This document shows, in pieces, positions 1 to 8,339 of a stretch of DNA of 64,000 bases (the stretch's first letter is position 1; the number at the start of each line of letters is the position of its first letter). The stretch is taken from NCBI GenBank assembly GCA_038042445.1, contig JBBTED010000002.1, positions 14,783 to 78,782 of the forward strand, read 5' to 3'. The translations under genes were made by a program, and so were the position numbers. The notes under the pieces are model-generated. The model worked only from the letters and a program-made list of their open reading frames with translations. It did not search any database and was not told the origin of the DNA. This stretch comes from Candidatus Firestoneibacteriota bacterium. Lineage in GTDB: Bacteria; Oederibacteriota; D2-FULL-39-29; JBBTED01.

Positions 1-2
1 CT

Positions 3-1370
3 CCATATTTGCCGGAATATATGCGCAATGCGCGATGTGATTTTGTATCATTATCCAAAACACAGTGGTATCCTATATGGCTTGGATATTGCGGCGCATT
101 TTTAGAGAAAAATGGCTATGAGGTAAAATTAATTGATGCACCAGCTTATGGTTTAAACCACACGCAAACAGAAGATATTATACTAAATTATAAACCTGAC
201 TGGCTTGTTGTGTATAGCTCAACTAAAAGTGAAGATAATGATATAAATTTCACAGAAAAACTTATGGACTTATTAAACATACCATCAGTTTTTGTAGGAC
301 CGTATGTATCAATAAATCCTGTCCGAATACTTGAAAAATCCAACAAAATACAATTTGCTATTAAAGGTGAATTTGAATATCCTGTTTTAGAGCTTTTAGA
401 AAAAAAACCTATATCCCAGATTAAAAATTTAGCATACAAACAAGATTTGCAAATTATTCAAAATGAATTAAGACCCCTACTCTCCAGAAAAGAATTAGAC
501 AAAATACCTTTTCTAACAGCTTTTTTTAAAAAACATCTGGATTTTAAATTTTACAAAACTCCATCTGAATATTATCCATTTATAGACTTAATGACAGGAA
601 GAGGATGTATCTGGGGGCTTTGCACTTTCTGTTTATGGGTCCATTCATTCATAACAGGTAAAACATATAACACACGATCAATAGAAAATGTCCTTGAAGA
701 ATTTAACTTCGTTGTTCAAGAATTACCTGAAGTTCGTTCAATTATGATTCAAGATGACACTCTATCTGAAGAACGGGCAACAGAATTATCAGAAGGCCTG
801 TTAAAATCAAATATAAAAATATCATGGTCATGTTATGCAAGAGCAAATATGAATTATGAAACATTAAAACTTATGAAAAAAGCAGGGTGCAGAAACTTAC
901 ATGTAGGATATGAATCTATAAGTGACAATGTATTAAAAAACATAAAAAAAGGCATTACTGTTGAAAAAATGGAAAGATTTACAGCAGATGCCAAAAAAGC
1001 AGGCTTAAGAATACATGCAGATTTTATGCTTGGACTTCCTGGAGAAACAAAAGAAAGCACACTAAAATTAATTAACTGGGCAAAAAAAATAAATCCACAT
1101 ACAGCACAATTTCAATTGATAAATCCTTACGAAATAACACCACTTTACCAGTATCTAAAAGATAATAATTATTTCAACAAAAATGGAGAACCAAATTATC
1201 CTGATTTATCAACTGAAGAAATAAGAAAATTAGGAAAACTTGCATACAGAAAATTCTATTTAAGCTTTAACCATCTCAAAAAAGTCATCTCCTCTCCCTA
1301 TGAACACTTTTTTGGAAGATTAGATACAATTTCAAGAGCCATACCAGCAATATTCTGGAAAAAATGGTGA
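3..1370 (+). CDS. B12-binding-domain radical SAM protein (HpnJ/BchE-like); 5' end probably lies upstream of the window
   Basis: Open from the window edge (PYLPEYMRNARC). N-terminal B12-binding-like region (YPIWLGY, LIDAPA), Cys motif GRGCIWGLCTFC, radical SAM motifs VGYES and FMLGLPGET. Confidence 0.85.
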   Translation, partial: PYLPEYMRNARCDFVSLSKTQWYPIWLGYCGAFLEKNGYEVKLIDAPAYGLNHTQTEDIILNYKPDWLVVYSSTKSEDNDINFTEKLMDLLNIPSVFVGPYVSINPVRILEKSNKIQFAIKGEFEYPVLELLEKKPISQIKNLAYKQDLQIIQNELRPLLSRKELDKIPFLTAFFKKHLDFKFYKTPSEYYPFIDLMTGRGCIWGLCTFCLWVHSFITGKTYNTRSIENVLEEFNFVVQELPEVRSIMIQDDTLSEERATELSEGLLKSNIKISWSCYARANMNYETLKLMKKAGCRNLHVGYESISDNVLKNIKKGITVEKMERFTADAKKAGLRIHADFMLGLPGETKESTLKLINWAKKINPHTAQFQLINPYEITPLYQYLKDNNYFNKNGEPNYPDLSTEEIRKLGKLAYRKFYLSFNHLKKVISSPYEHFFGRLDTISRAIPAIFWKKW

Positions 1371-1404
1371 TTATAGGTTATCCAACAATTTTACATTTCA
1401 CTCT

Positions 1405-1468
1405 GTAGTCGCAGGCTTTAGCTTGCGGTTTTTTTGCAATTTTTCCGCAGGCTAAAGCCTGCGATTAC
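1405..1468. repeat. GTAG-type REP doublet (family A, GTAGTCGCAGGCTTTAGCCTGCG) between convergent genes
   Basis: gtagtcgcaggctttagcttgcg ... cgcaggctaaagcctgcgattac as an inverted pair; related copies at 12201, 29727 and 50844. Confidence 0.85.
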
Positions 1469-2408
1469 CAAACACACTCGTCATGATTTTCTTTAAAAGC
1501 GCAAATGATGATATTTTTCTTGATTGCTGTATAACAATCCTTTTCTCAAACATTTTATTTGAATTTAAAAAAGCCTCTTTTTTGGCATTGAATACAATTC
1601 TGCCCTTGCCTCTTAATGTATAAATAATAAATGTCCAGATAACAAATATTAGATGTAATGGATATACAATTAAAAATAATGCTAAAGGTATATCTTTTAT
1701 AAGCACATATTCCTGATTTCTTTGCACTAAATAAATAAATAAATCGCTACCTATTTTAAAAGTAGTGCCAAGCCTATGGTAAACTATTGCATCTGGAACA
1801 TACAAACATTTGTATCCTCTCAGTTGCAATCTCAAGGACAAATCTATATCTTCATAATACCCAAAAAAATCCTCATCAAAAAACCCCACCTCTTCCAATA
1901 TTTGTTTTCTATATATAGAAGCACATCCACTTGCAGATAAAACTTCTTCTAATTTATTATAATTATCTTTATTTTTATTATGCCCGCGTTTTTTGCCATA
2001 GCCAAAAATTGAAAAATTATCTCCTGCAGTATCAATTATGTTTTTTCTATTGTAAAATAAGATTTTTGATGTGCAAGATGCAACACCAGGATATTTTTGA
2101 ATCGTTTTATGTAAATTTTCAAGCCAGTATTTGTCAGCAACTGCATCATTATTAAGCAAAGCAATAAATTCACCTTGAGCAACTTTTAATGCTTCATTAT
2201 TCGCCTTTGCAAACCCGATTTTTTCAGTAAATTTGATTAGCTTTATTTCAGGAAATTTTTCAGATATATATTCTGACGACAAATCAGTAGACCCATTATC
2301 CACAACTATTATTTCAACATTCTCATTTAAACTCTGATTGAGTAATGAATTTAAACATTCCTCTATAATCTCTCTGCCATTTGCATTAACCACTACTACA
2401 CTTATCAT
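1452..2408 (-). CDS. Glycosyltransferase family 2 protein
   Basis: ISVVVVN, IIVVDNGSTD, GFAKANN, LLNND (DxD-like), FDEDFFGYYEDIDL. Confidence 0.92.
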   Translation of the reverse strand: MISVVVVNANGREIIEECLNSLLNQSLNENVEIIVVDNGSTDLSSEYISEKFPEIKLIKFTEKIGFAKANNEALKVAQGEFIALLNNDAVADKYWLENLHKTIQKYPGVASCTSKILFYNRKNIIDTAGDNFSIFGYGKKRGHNKNKDNYNKLEEVLSASGCASIYRKQILEEVGFFDEDFFGYYEDIDLSLRLQLRGYKCLYVPDAIVYHRLGTTFKIGSDLFIYLVQRNQEYVLIKDIPLALFLIVYPLHLIFVIWTFIIYTLRGKGRIVFNAKKEAFLNSNKMFEKRIVIQQSRKISSFALLKKIMTSVFGNRRL

Positions 2409-2414
2409 TATAAA

Positions 2415-2443
2415 AGTTTATCATAGGCAAAATCGGATGTAAA
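2415..2443 (-). promoter_or_regulatory. Putative sigma70 promoter of the GT2 gene, probably leaderless
   Basis: Minus strand TTTACA-N17-TAAACT with extended TG, 6 nt before the ATG at 2408; no SD. Confidence 0.55.
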
Positions 2444-2453
2444 GGATTGACTT

Positions 2454-2584
2454 CAGAAATTCCCCAAAATGGTATTTTTGCAGTTTTGTCATGCTGAATT
2501 TATTTCAGCATCTAATAAAGTCAAGGGGTTTTAAGACCCTGAAACAAGTTCAGGGTGACAAAAAGTCTATTTGGGGAATTTCTG
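2454..2584. mobile_element. 131-bp MITE-like element, copy 1
   Basis: 15-bp perfect TIR cagaaattccccaaa/tttggggaatttctg; 9-bp flanking direct repeat GATTGACTT (2445-2453, 2585-2593); near-identical copy at 7584-7714. Confidence 0.9.
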
Positions 2585-2586
2585 GA

Positions 2587-2616
2587 TTGACTTTTTCAAT
2601 ATTCATCTGCTATAAT
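2587..2616 (+). promoter_or_regulatory. Putative sigma70 promoter of the pst operon
   Basis: TTGACT(2587-2592)-N18-TATAAT(2611-2616) upstream of pstS. Confidence 0.6.
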
Positions 2617-2688
2617 TTAGCATCTTAAAAATCATACAATCAATTAGCTTTTAAATAACATATTCAAATTGTAAAATTGGAGGAAATG

Positions 2689-3570
2689 ATGCGTAAAAAT
2701 TTATATGCAACAGCAGTTTTTATAATTTCATTCGCCATAATGGTGAATGGTTGTAGCAGAAATAATACAGGAACACAAACAAAACCTGCAATTCAGATAA
2801 AGGGTTCTGACACAATGGTGAATTTAGGACAGGCATGGGCGGAAGAATTCACAAAATTACATCCTGAAGTAAATATAGCTGTTACTGGAGGAGGCTCTGG
2901 AACAGGAATTGCGGGTTTGCTAAATGGAACCTGTGACATTGCGGAATCATCAAGAGATGTTGAAGATAAAGAAATTACACTTGGAAAAGAAAAAGGAATA
3001 AATTTTGCTAAGCATACTGTTGGACTTGATGGATTAGCTGTAGTTGTTCATCCATTAAATCCAGTCACAAATCTAACTTTAGATGAATTACGCGCCATAT
3101 TTATAGGAGAAATAACAAACTGGAAAAATCTAGGTGGCAAAGATTCTAAAATTGTTGTTCTCTCAAGAGAAGTTAATTCTGGAACTCATGTTTTCTTTAA
3201 AGAACATGTTTTAAGAAAAGGAAAGTCGAAAAGCGAAGAATTTGCACCCTCTGCACTTTTAATGCCATCATCACAAGCAATAGCCGACGAAATCACACAA
3301 AACCCAAATGCAATAGGTTATTATGGAATGGGATATATTTCAGAAAAACAAAAAGCTATACATATTGCAAAGGATAAAAAATCTCTATATATTACTCCTA
3401 CTAAGGAAAATGTTATTAATAATAAATATCCTATTTCAAGACCTCTTTTTATGTTTACTAATGGCGAACCAAAAGAAGCAATTAAAAATTTTATGGATTT
3501 TGCTCTTTCCGAACAAGGACAGGCAATAGTGGAAAAAGTTGAATTTGTTCCGGTAAAACAAAAAAAATAA
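2689..3570 (+). CDS. pstS: Phosphate ABC transporter substrate-binding lipoprotein PstS
   Basis: Lipobox-like VNGC; KGSDTM, GGGSGTGI, SREVNSGT, YPISRPLF; SD GGAGG at 2679-2683; pst operon context. Confidence 0.93.
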   Translation: MRKNLYATAVFIISFAIMVNGCSRNNTGTQTKPAIQIKGSDTMVNLGQAWAEEFTKLHPEVNIAVTGGGSGTGIAGLLNGTCDIAESSRDVEDKEITLGKEKGINFAKHTVGLDGLAVVVHPLNPVTNLTLDELRAIFIGEITNWKNLGGKDSKIVVLSREVNSGTHVFFKEHVLRKGKSKSEEFAPSALLMPSSQAIADEITQNPNAIGYYGMGYISEKQKAIHIAKDKKSLYITPTKENVINNKYPISRPLFMFTNGEPKEAIKNFMDFALSEQGQAIVEKVEFVPVKQKK

Positions 3571-3577
3571 TTCTTTC

Positions 3578-4453
3578 GTGAAACTTGATAAAAAAATAAA
3601 AGAATTTACAATAGAAAATCTGATTTTTATTTCTGGGATACTTACAATAATATTTGTTGTTTTGATTTTTATATTTTTGTTCAAAGAAGGTATTTTGTTT
3701 CTTAAAGTTTATCCTATAATAGATTTTCTTTTTGGGAAATTATGGTATCCAATTTCAGACCCTGCTAAATTCGGAATTTTGCCTTTAATCTTAGGTTCCT
3801 TGCTTGTAACACTCGGTGCTACAGTCATATCTGTTCCTTTAGGAATTGCATCCGCCTTTTATATATCAGAAATAGCTCCAGGAAAATTAAGAGACATTTT
3901 AAAGTATCTAATTGAATTGCTTGCTGCTATTCCAAGTGTAGTAATTGGATTTGTAGGAATGATTACTTTAATACCATTAATAAAAAACATCTTTCATATA
4001 CCAACAGGATTAACTGCACTATCCGGAAGTATAACATTGGCATTTATGGCTATTCCAACTATTGTATCTATTGCTGAAGATGCCATAACATCTGTTCCAA
4101 AAAGCTATAGAGAAGCAAGTATTGCACTCGGAGCAACTAAATGGCAGACAATGTATAGAGTAACAATCAGAGCTGCTTTACCTGGCATTATAGCTGCAAT
4201 AATGCTTGGAATAGGAAGAGTTATAGGTGAAACAATGGCAGTTATGATGATAACAGGTAATTCTGCTGTAATTCCCCAAACCTTTTTACAACCAATTAGA
4301 ACTATGACAGCAACAATTGCAGCTGAAATGGGAGAAACTGTACGAGGAAGCAATCACTACTACGCTTTATTTGCTATAGGTGTAGTTTTATTTGCAATAA
4401 CTTTTGTAATAAACTTTCTTGCAGACACTTTTCTCAATAAAGTAAAAAAATGA
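3578..4453 (+). CDS. pstC: Phosphate ABC transporter permease PstC
   Basis: ELLAAIPSVVIG, EAA-like loop EASIALGAT, GRVIGETMAV. Confidence 0.95.
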   Translation: MKLDKKIKEFTIENLIFISGILTIIFVVLIFIFLFKEGILFLKVYPIIDFLFGKLWYPISDPAKFGILPLILGSLLVTLGATVISVPLGIASAFYISEIAPGKLRDILKYLIELLAAIPSVVIGFVGMITLIPLIKNIFHIPTGLTALSGSITLAFMAIPTIVSIAEDAITSVPKSYREASIALGATKWQTMYRVTIRAALPGIIAAIMLGIGRVIGETMAVMMITGNSAVIPQTFLQPIRTMTATIAAEMGETVRGSNHYYALFAIGVVLFAITFVINFLADTFLNKVKK

Positions 4454-5295
4454 CACCTAAAATAGCTCAAAAAATAGCGTTTGTTCTGATATTTTTAGCA
4501 ACAATAATAGTAATTATTCCTGTTCTATTAATATTTGGAATTATATTAGTTAATGGATTGCCTGCAATAAATTTTGAATTTTTATTTTCAATGCCAAAAG
4601 AAGGAATGAGAGCAGGCGGAATTTTCCCTGTAATAATTGGCTCAATTTACCTTGTTACTCTTGCCTGTTTGATTTCTTTACCAATAGGAGTATCAGCTGC
4701 AATTTATTTAGTTGAATATGCAAAAGAAAATCTACTTACACGATTAATTAAATTAGCAATTGTAAATTTAGCAGGCGTACCCTCTGTAGTATATGGTTTA
4801 TTTGGGCTTGGGTTATTTGTAATATTTCTTGGATTTGGTGTATCTATTTTATCTGGCTCTCTTACACTTGCTATAATGACGCTACCAGTAATAATAACTG
4901 CTTCAAGAGAAGCTTTAACAAGTGTTCCACTATCTTTCAGAGAAGTAAGTTTATCATTAGGCGCTAGCAAATGGCAAACAATACGACATGTAGTTTTACC
5001 AAATGCCTTACCTGGAATAATGACAGGCACAATATTAAGTGTGTCCCGTATTGCTGGTGAAGCAGCGCCTATTTTATTTACTGTAGCAGCATTTTATCTG
5101 CCTAATCTACCAAAATCTGTTTTTGACCAGGCAATGGCTTTACCATATCACCTTTACATAATTTCAACTCAAATACCTAATATACCCAAAAAATTTACGT
5201 ATGGAACAGCATTAGTATTAGTAATGCTTGTAGCAATAATGAATTTTTCTGCTGTCCTTATACGTTCTCGTTTCAGGAAAAATAAAAAATGGTAG
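4450..5295 (+). CDS. pstA: Phosphate ABC transporter permease PstA
   Basis: AAIYLVEYA, NLAGVPSVVYGLFG, RIAGEAAP. Confidence 0.95.
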   Translation: MTPKIAQKIAFVLIFLATIIVIIPVLLIFGIILVNGLPAINFEFLFSMPKEGMRAGGIFPVIIGSIYLVTLACLISLPIGVSAAIYLVEYAKENLLTRLIKLAIVNLAGVPSVVYGLFGLGLFVIFLGFGVSILSGSLTLAIMTLPVIITASREALTSVPLSFREVSLSLGASKWQTIRHVVLPNALPGIMTGTILSVSRIAGEAAPILFTVAAFYLPNLPKSVFDQAMALPYHLYIISTQIPNIPKKFTYGTALVLVMLVAIMNFSAVLIRSRFRKNKKW

Positions 5296-6041
5296 AAAAA
5301 ATAATTGTCAAAAATTTGAGTGTTTTTTATGGTAAAGAATTAGTTTTGAAATCAGTTAATTTTTCTGTCCATCAAAATGAAATTCTTGGAATAATAGGAC
5401 CTGCGAATAGCGGAAAAACATCTTTTTTAAGAACACTCAATAGATTAAACAACCTTTTGTCAAATTTTAGGCTTGAAGGCAATATTTATTTGGATAACAA
5501 GGATATTTATAAAGAAATAAATGTAGAGTTATTGCGAAAAAATTTGGGTATGGTGTTTGCTCTACCTTTGCCACTTCCTATGTCTATATTTGATAATGTA
5601 GCTTATGGGCCAAAAATGTCAGGAATAAAAAACAAAGGTGAATTAAATAGAATTGTTGAAGACTCTTTAAAATCCGCATATCTTTTTGATGAAGTAAAAG
5701 ACAGACTTGATGAAGCTGCTTTCAAATTATCCGGTGGACAACAACAAAGACTCTGCATTGCAAGAATGCTTGCTAATAAACCTGAAGTATTACTTTTTGA
5801 TGAACCCTGCTCAGGATTAGACCCTATATCTACAGCTAAGGTTGAAGAAGCTATGTCTGAATTAAAAAAACAATATACAATCATACTTGTTACTAATAAT
5901 GTAAAACAAGCAGCAAGAGTTTCAGATAGAACTGCATTTTTTCTTGCAGGTGAATTAATAGAAATAGATTCTACAGACAAATTATTTATTTCACCAAAAA
6001 ACAAGAAAACTGAAGATTATATTTCAGGAAGGTTTGGTTAG
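5289..6041 (+). CDS. pstB: Phosphate ABC transporter ATP-binding protein PstB1 (degenerate Q-loop and H-switch)
   Basis: Walker A GPANSGKT, signature LSGGQQQR, Walker B LLFDEP, C-terminal TEDYISGRFG. Confidence 0.9.
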   Translation: MVEKIIVKNLSVFYGKELVLKSVNFSVHQNEILGIIGPANSGKTSFLRTLNRLNNLLSNFRLEGNIYLDNKDIYKEINVELLRKNLGMVFALPLPLPMSIFDNVAYGPKMSGIKNKGELNRIVEDSLKSAYLFDEVKDRLDEAAFKLSGGQQQRLCIARMLANKPEVLLFDEPCSGLDPISTAKVEEAMSELKKQYTIILVTNNVKQAARVSDRTAFFLAGELIEIDSTDKLFISPKNKKTEDYISGRFG

Positions 6042-6046
6042 TATTT

Positions 6047-6808
6047 ATGGATGCAATTACTGTTAATAATTTAGATTTATACTATGGCCATTTTCATGCT
6101 TTAAAATCTGTAAATATGAAAGTTGCGGAAAAAATTATAACTTCTATCATAGGTCCATCTGGTTGTGGTAAATCCACACTTTTAAGAACATTTAATAGAA
6201 TGAATGATTTAATAGAAGGCACATATATTACTGGTGAAATTTTGATAAATAATAAAAATATCTTTGACCAAAATACTGATTTGGATTTATTAAGAAGGAA
6301 AGTTGGAATGGTTTTTCAAAGACCAAATCCTTTTCCCCTTACAATTTTTGAAAATGTTGCATTCGGCTTAAGAATTCATCCAGATATTGGCAGAAAAGTA
6401 AAAGAAAAAATACCTGATATTGTTAAAACAAGTTTACAATCGGTATTATTGTGGGATGAAGTAAAAAACAAGTTAAACACTTCAGCTTTGAAACTTTCTT
6501 TAGAACAGCAGCAAAGACTTTGTATTGCAAGACTTTTACCAATAAAGCCTGAAATACTATTAATGGACGAACCATGCTCAGCACTTGACCCAATTGCAAC
6601 TTCAAGAGTTGAAGAACTCTTAATTGAACTTAAAAAAAATTATACAATAGTCATTGTTACACATAATATGCAACAAGCAGCAAGAATATCAGATGAAACA
6701 GGTTTTATGCTTTTAGGTGAATTAATAGAATTTAGTGAAACTAAAGAAATATTTACAAATCCTAAAAACAAACAAACAGAAAACTATATAACAGGAAGAT
6801 TTGGTTAA
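6047..6808 (+). CDS. pstB: Phosphate ABC transporter ATP-binding protein PstB2 (degenerate signature motif)
   Basis: Walker A GPSGCGKST, Q-loop GMVFQRPNPFP, LLMDEP, VTHNMQQAAR, YITGRFG; signature LSLEQ. Confidence 0.93.
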   Translation: MDAITVNNLDLYYGHFHALKSVNMKVAEKIITSIIGPSGCGKSTLLRTFNRMNDLIEGTYITGEILINNKNIFDQNTDLDLLRRKVGMVFQRPNPFPLTIFENVAFGLRIHPDIGRKVKEKIPDIVKTSLQSVLLWDEVKNKLNTSALKLSLEQQQRLCIARLLPIKPEILLMDEPCSALDPIATSRVEELLIELKKNYTIVIVTHNMQQAARISDETGFMLLGELIEFSETKEIFTNPKNKQTENYITGRFG

Positions 6809-6825
6809 AACAGGAGGATAAAAAT

Positions 6826-7491
6826 ATGGAAAGACATTTTGATGAAGAATTGAAGTCTCTAAATGAAAGAATACTTTATATGGGTGGTTTAATAGAATCA
6901 ATGACCTATAATGCAATAAAAGCACTTGTAGATAGAAATGCCGATTTAGTCAAAGAAATATTTAAAACCGAAGATGAGGTCAATAAATTACACATAGAAA
7001 TTGATGATAAATGTTTAAAACTGGTTGCATTAAGGCAACCAACTGCAGTTGATTTAAGATTTATAGCTTCTGCAATGAAAATAAACAGTGATTTGGAAAG
7101 AATGGGTGACCAAGCTGTAAATATAGCAGAAAATACAGAAGATCTTCTGAAACAACCACAATTAAAACCACTTATAGATTTACCAAAGATGGCAGATATT
7201 GCAAAAAATATGGTAAAAGATAGTTTAGATGCATTTGTAAAAAAAGATGTGGAATTGGCAAAATCCGTACTTGCAAGAGATGATGAAGTAGACAATTTAA
7301 AAGATCAAATATTTAGAGAACTTTTGACCTATATGATAGCTTCACCACAAAATATTGAAAGAAGCTTGGATTTAATACTCATTTCAAGAAATTTAGAACG
7401 TATAGGTGACCACGCAACAAATATAGCAGAAGATGTTATATTTATGGTTATTGGCAAAGACATTAGACACCATATAGAAGACAAAAAATAA
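6826..7491 (+). CDS. phoU: Phosphate signalling complex protein PhoU
   Basis: RQPTAVDLR, DLERMGDQAVNIAE and LERIGDHATNIAE repeats; SD GGAGG. Confidence 0.96.
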   Translation: MERHFDEELKSLNERILYMGGLIESMTYNAIKALVDRNADLVKEIFKTEDEVNKLHIEIDDKCLKLVALRQPTAVDLRFIASAMKINSDLERMGDQAVNIAENTEDLLKQPQLKPLIDLPKMADIAKNMVKDSLDAFVKKDVELAKSVLARDDEVDNLKDQIFRELLTYMIASPQNIERSLDLILISRNLERIGDHATNIAEDVIFMVIGKDIRHHIEDKK

Positions 7492-7521
7492 TTTCTTTTA
7501 ATAAATCATACGGGGTTTATT

Positions 7522-7542
7522 GTAGTTGCCGATTTATCGACA
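7522..7542. repeat. GTAG-type REP (family B, GTAGTTGCCGATTTATCGGCA)
   Basis: gtagttgccgatttatcgaca; reverse-orientation copies at 16617 and 53578. Confidence 0.75.
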
Positions 7543-7583
7543 GTTTTTTGTGCTGATAATTTTTAAACTATAGTTTATTTCCC

Positions 7584-7714
7584 CAGAAATTCCCAAAAAT
7601 GGTATTTTTGCAGTTTTGTCATGCTGAATTCATTTCAGTATCTAATAAAATCAAGGGATTTTGAGACCCTGAAACAAGTTCAGGGTGACAAGAAGTCTAT
7701 TTGGGGAATTTCTG
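7584..7714. mobile_element. 131-bp MITE-like element, copy 2
   Basis: Same length and near-identical to 2454-2584; left TIR has one mismatch; own 9-bp flanking direct repeat TTATTTCCC (7575-7583, 7715-7723). Confidence 0.9.
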
Positions 7715-7743
7715 TTATTTCCCCTTAAAACTACCATCATATA

Positions 7744-7752
7744 TGTTATAAT
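7744..7752 (+). promoter_or_regulatory. Extended -10 promoter of the ECF sigma gene, probably leaderless
   Basis: TGtTATAAT, 8 nt before the ATG at 7761; no SD. Confidence 0.5.
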
Positions 7753-7760
7753 TCTATCTT

Positions 7761-8285
7761 ATGGAAGAAAAGGAAATTATACAAAAAATCCTAAAGGGCG
7801 ATAAAGAAGCATTTGCTGAATTATTCTTTAAATATGAAAAATTCGTCTTTAATATCATAAGAAGAATAGTAGAAACTGAACAAGATGTTGAAGATATAGC
7901 ACAAGGAGTATTTCTAAAACTTTACACAAATTTATTTCAATTTCAAGGTAGATCAAAATTTTCTACGTGGTTATATCGTATTGTATACAATATTACCCTA
8001 AATTTTGTGCAACGCAAAAAGGATAAATTTGCCACAGAAAATATTGATAATATTTTTGAAATACAAGATACAACAGACCTAATTGATGAACAAGAGATAA
8101 CAAAAATATATGTAAATAAATTGCTTGAGTTACTCCCCCCTAATTATAGAACTGTCCTTGAACTTTATTATTTTAAGGATTTATCTTATGAAGAAATTGC
8201 AGTAGCGCTAAATATTCCAATAAATACGGTAAAAACACATATTTCAAGGGCAAAAAATATTATAAGGAAAAAATTAGACAAATGA
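7761..8285 (+). CDS. ECF-type sigma-70 factor (SigW/RpoE-like)
   Basis: GDKEAFAEL, EDIAQGVF, KFSTWLYRI (region 2); LSYEEIA...INTVKTHISRAK (region 4). Confidence 0.93.
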   Translation: MEEKEIIQKILKGDKEAFAELFFKYEKFVFNIIRRIVETEQDVEDIAQGVFLKLYTNLFQFQGRSKFSTWLYRIVYNITLNFVQRKKDKFATENIDNIFEIQDTTDLIDEQEITKIYVNKLLELLPPNYRTVLELYYFKDLSYEEIAVALNIPINTVKTHISRAKNIIRKKLDK

Positions 8286-8310
8286 AACAATCTATGACGA
8301 GTTTGTGTCA
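8283..8310 (+). promoter_or_regulatory. Possible ECF-sigma promoter overlapping the sigma gene stop codon
   Basis: TGAAAC (8283-8288) followed 17 nt later by TGTCA; SigW-like -35, upstream of the DUF4097 gene. Confidence 0.35.
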
Positions 8311-8339
8311 TATAATTAAAAGGAGGATTTAAAAAAATC

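Noticed and set aside
2617..2680. Pho box upstream of pstS
   Set aside because: Only loose AT-rich similarities; no convincing 11-bp-period direct repeat.
2445..7723. Composite transposon carrying the pst operon
   Set aside because: Each MITE has its own distinct 9-bp duplication and the outer flanks do not match, so these are two independent insertions.
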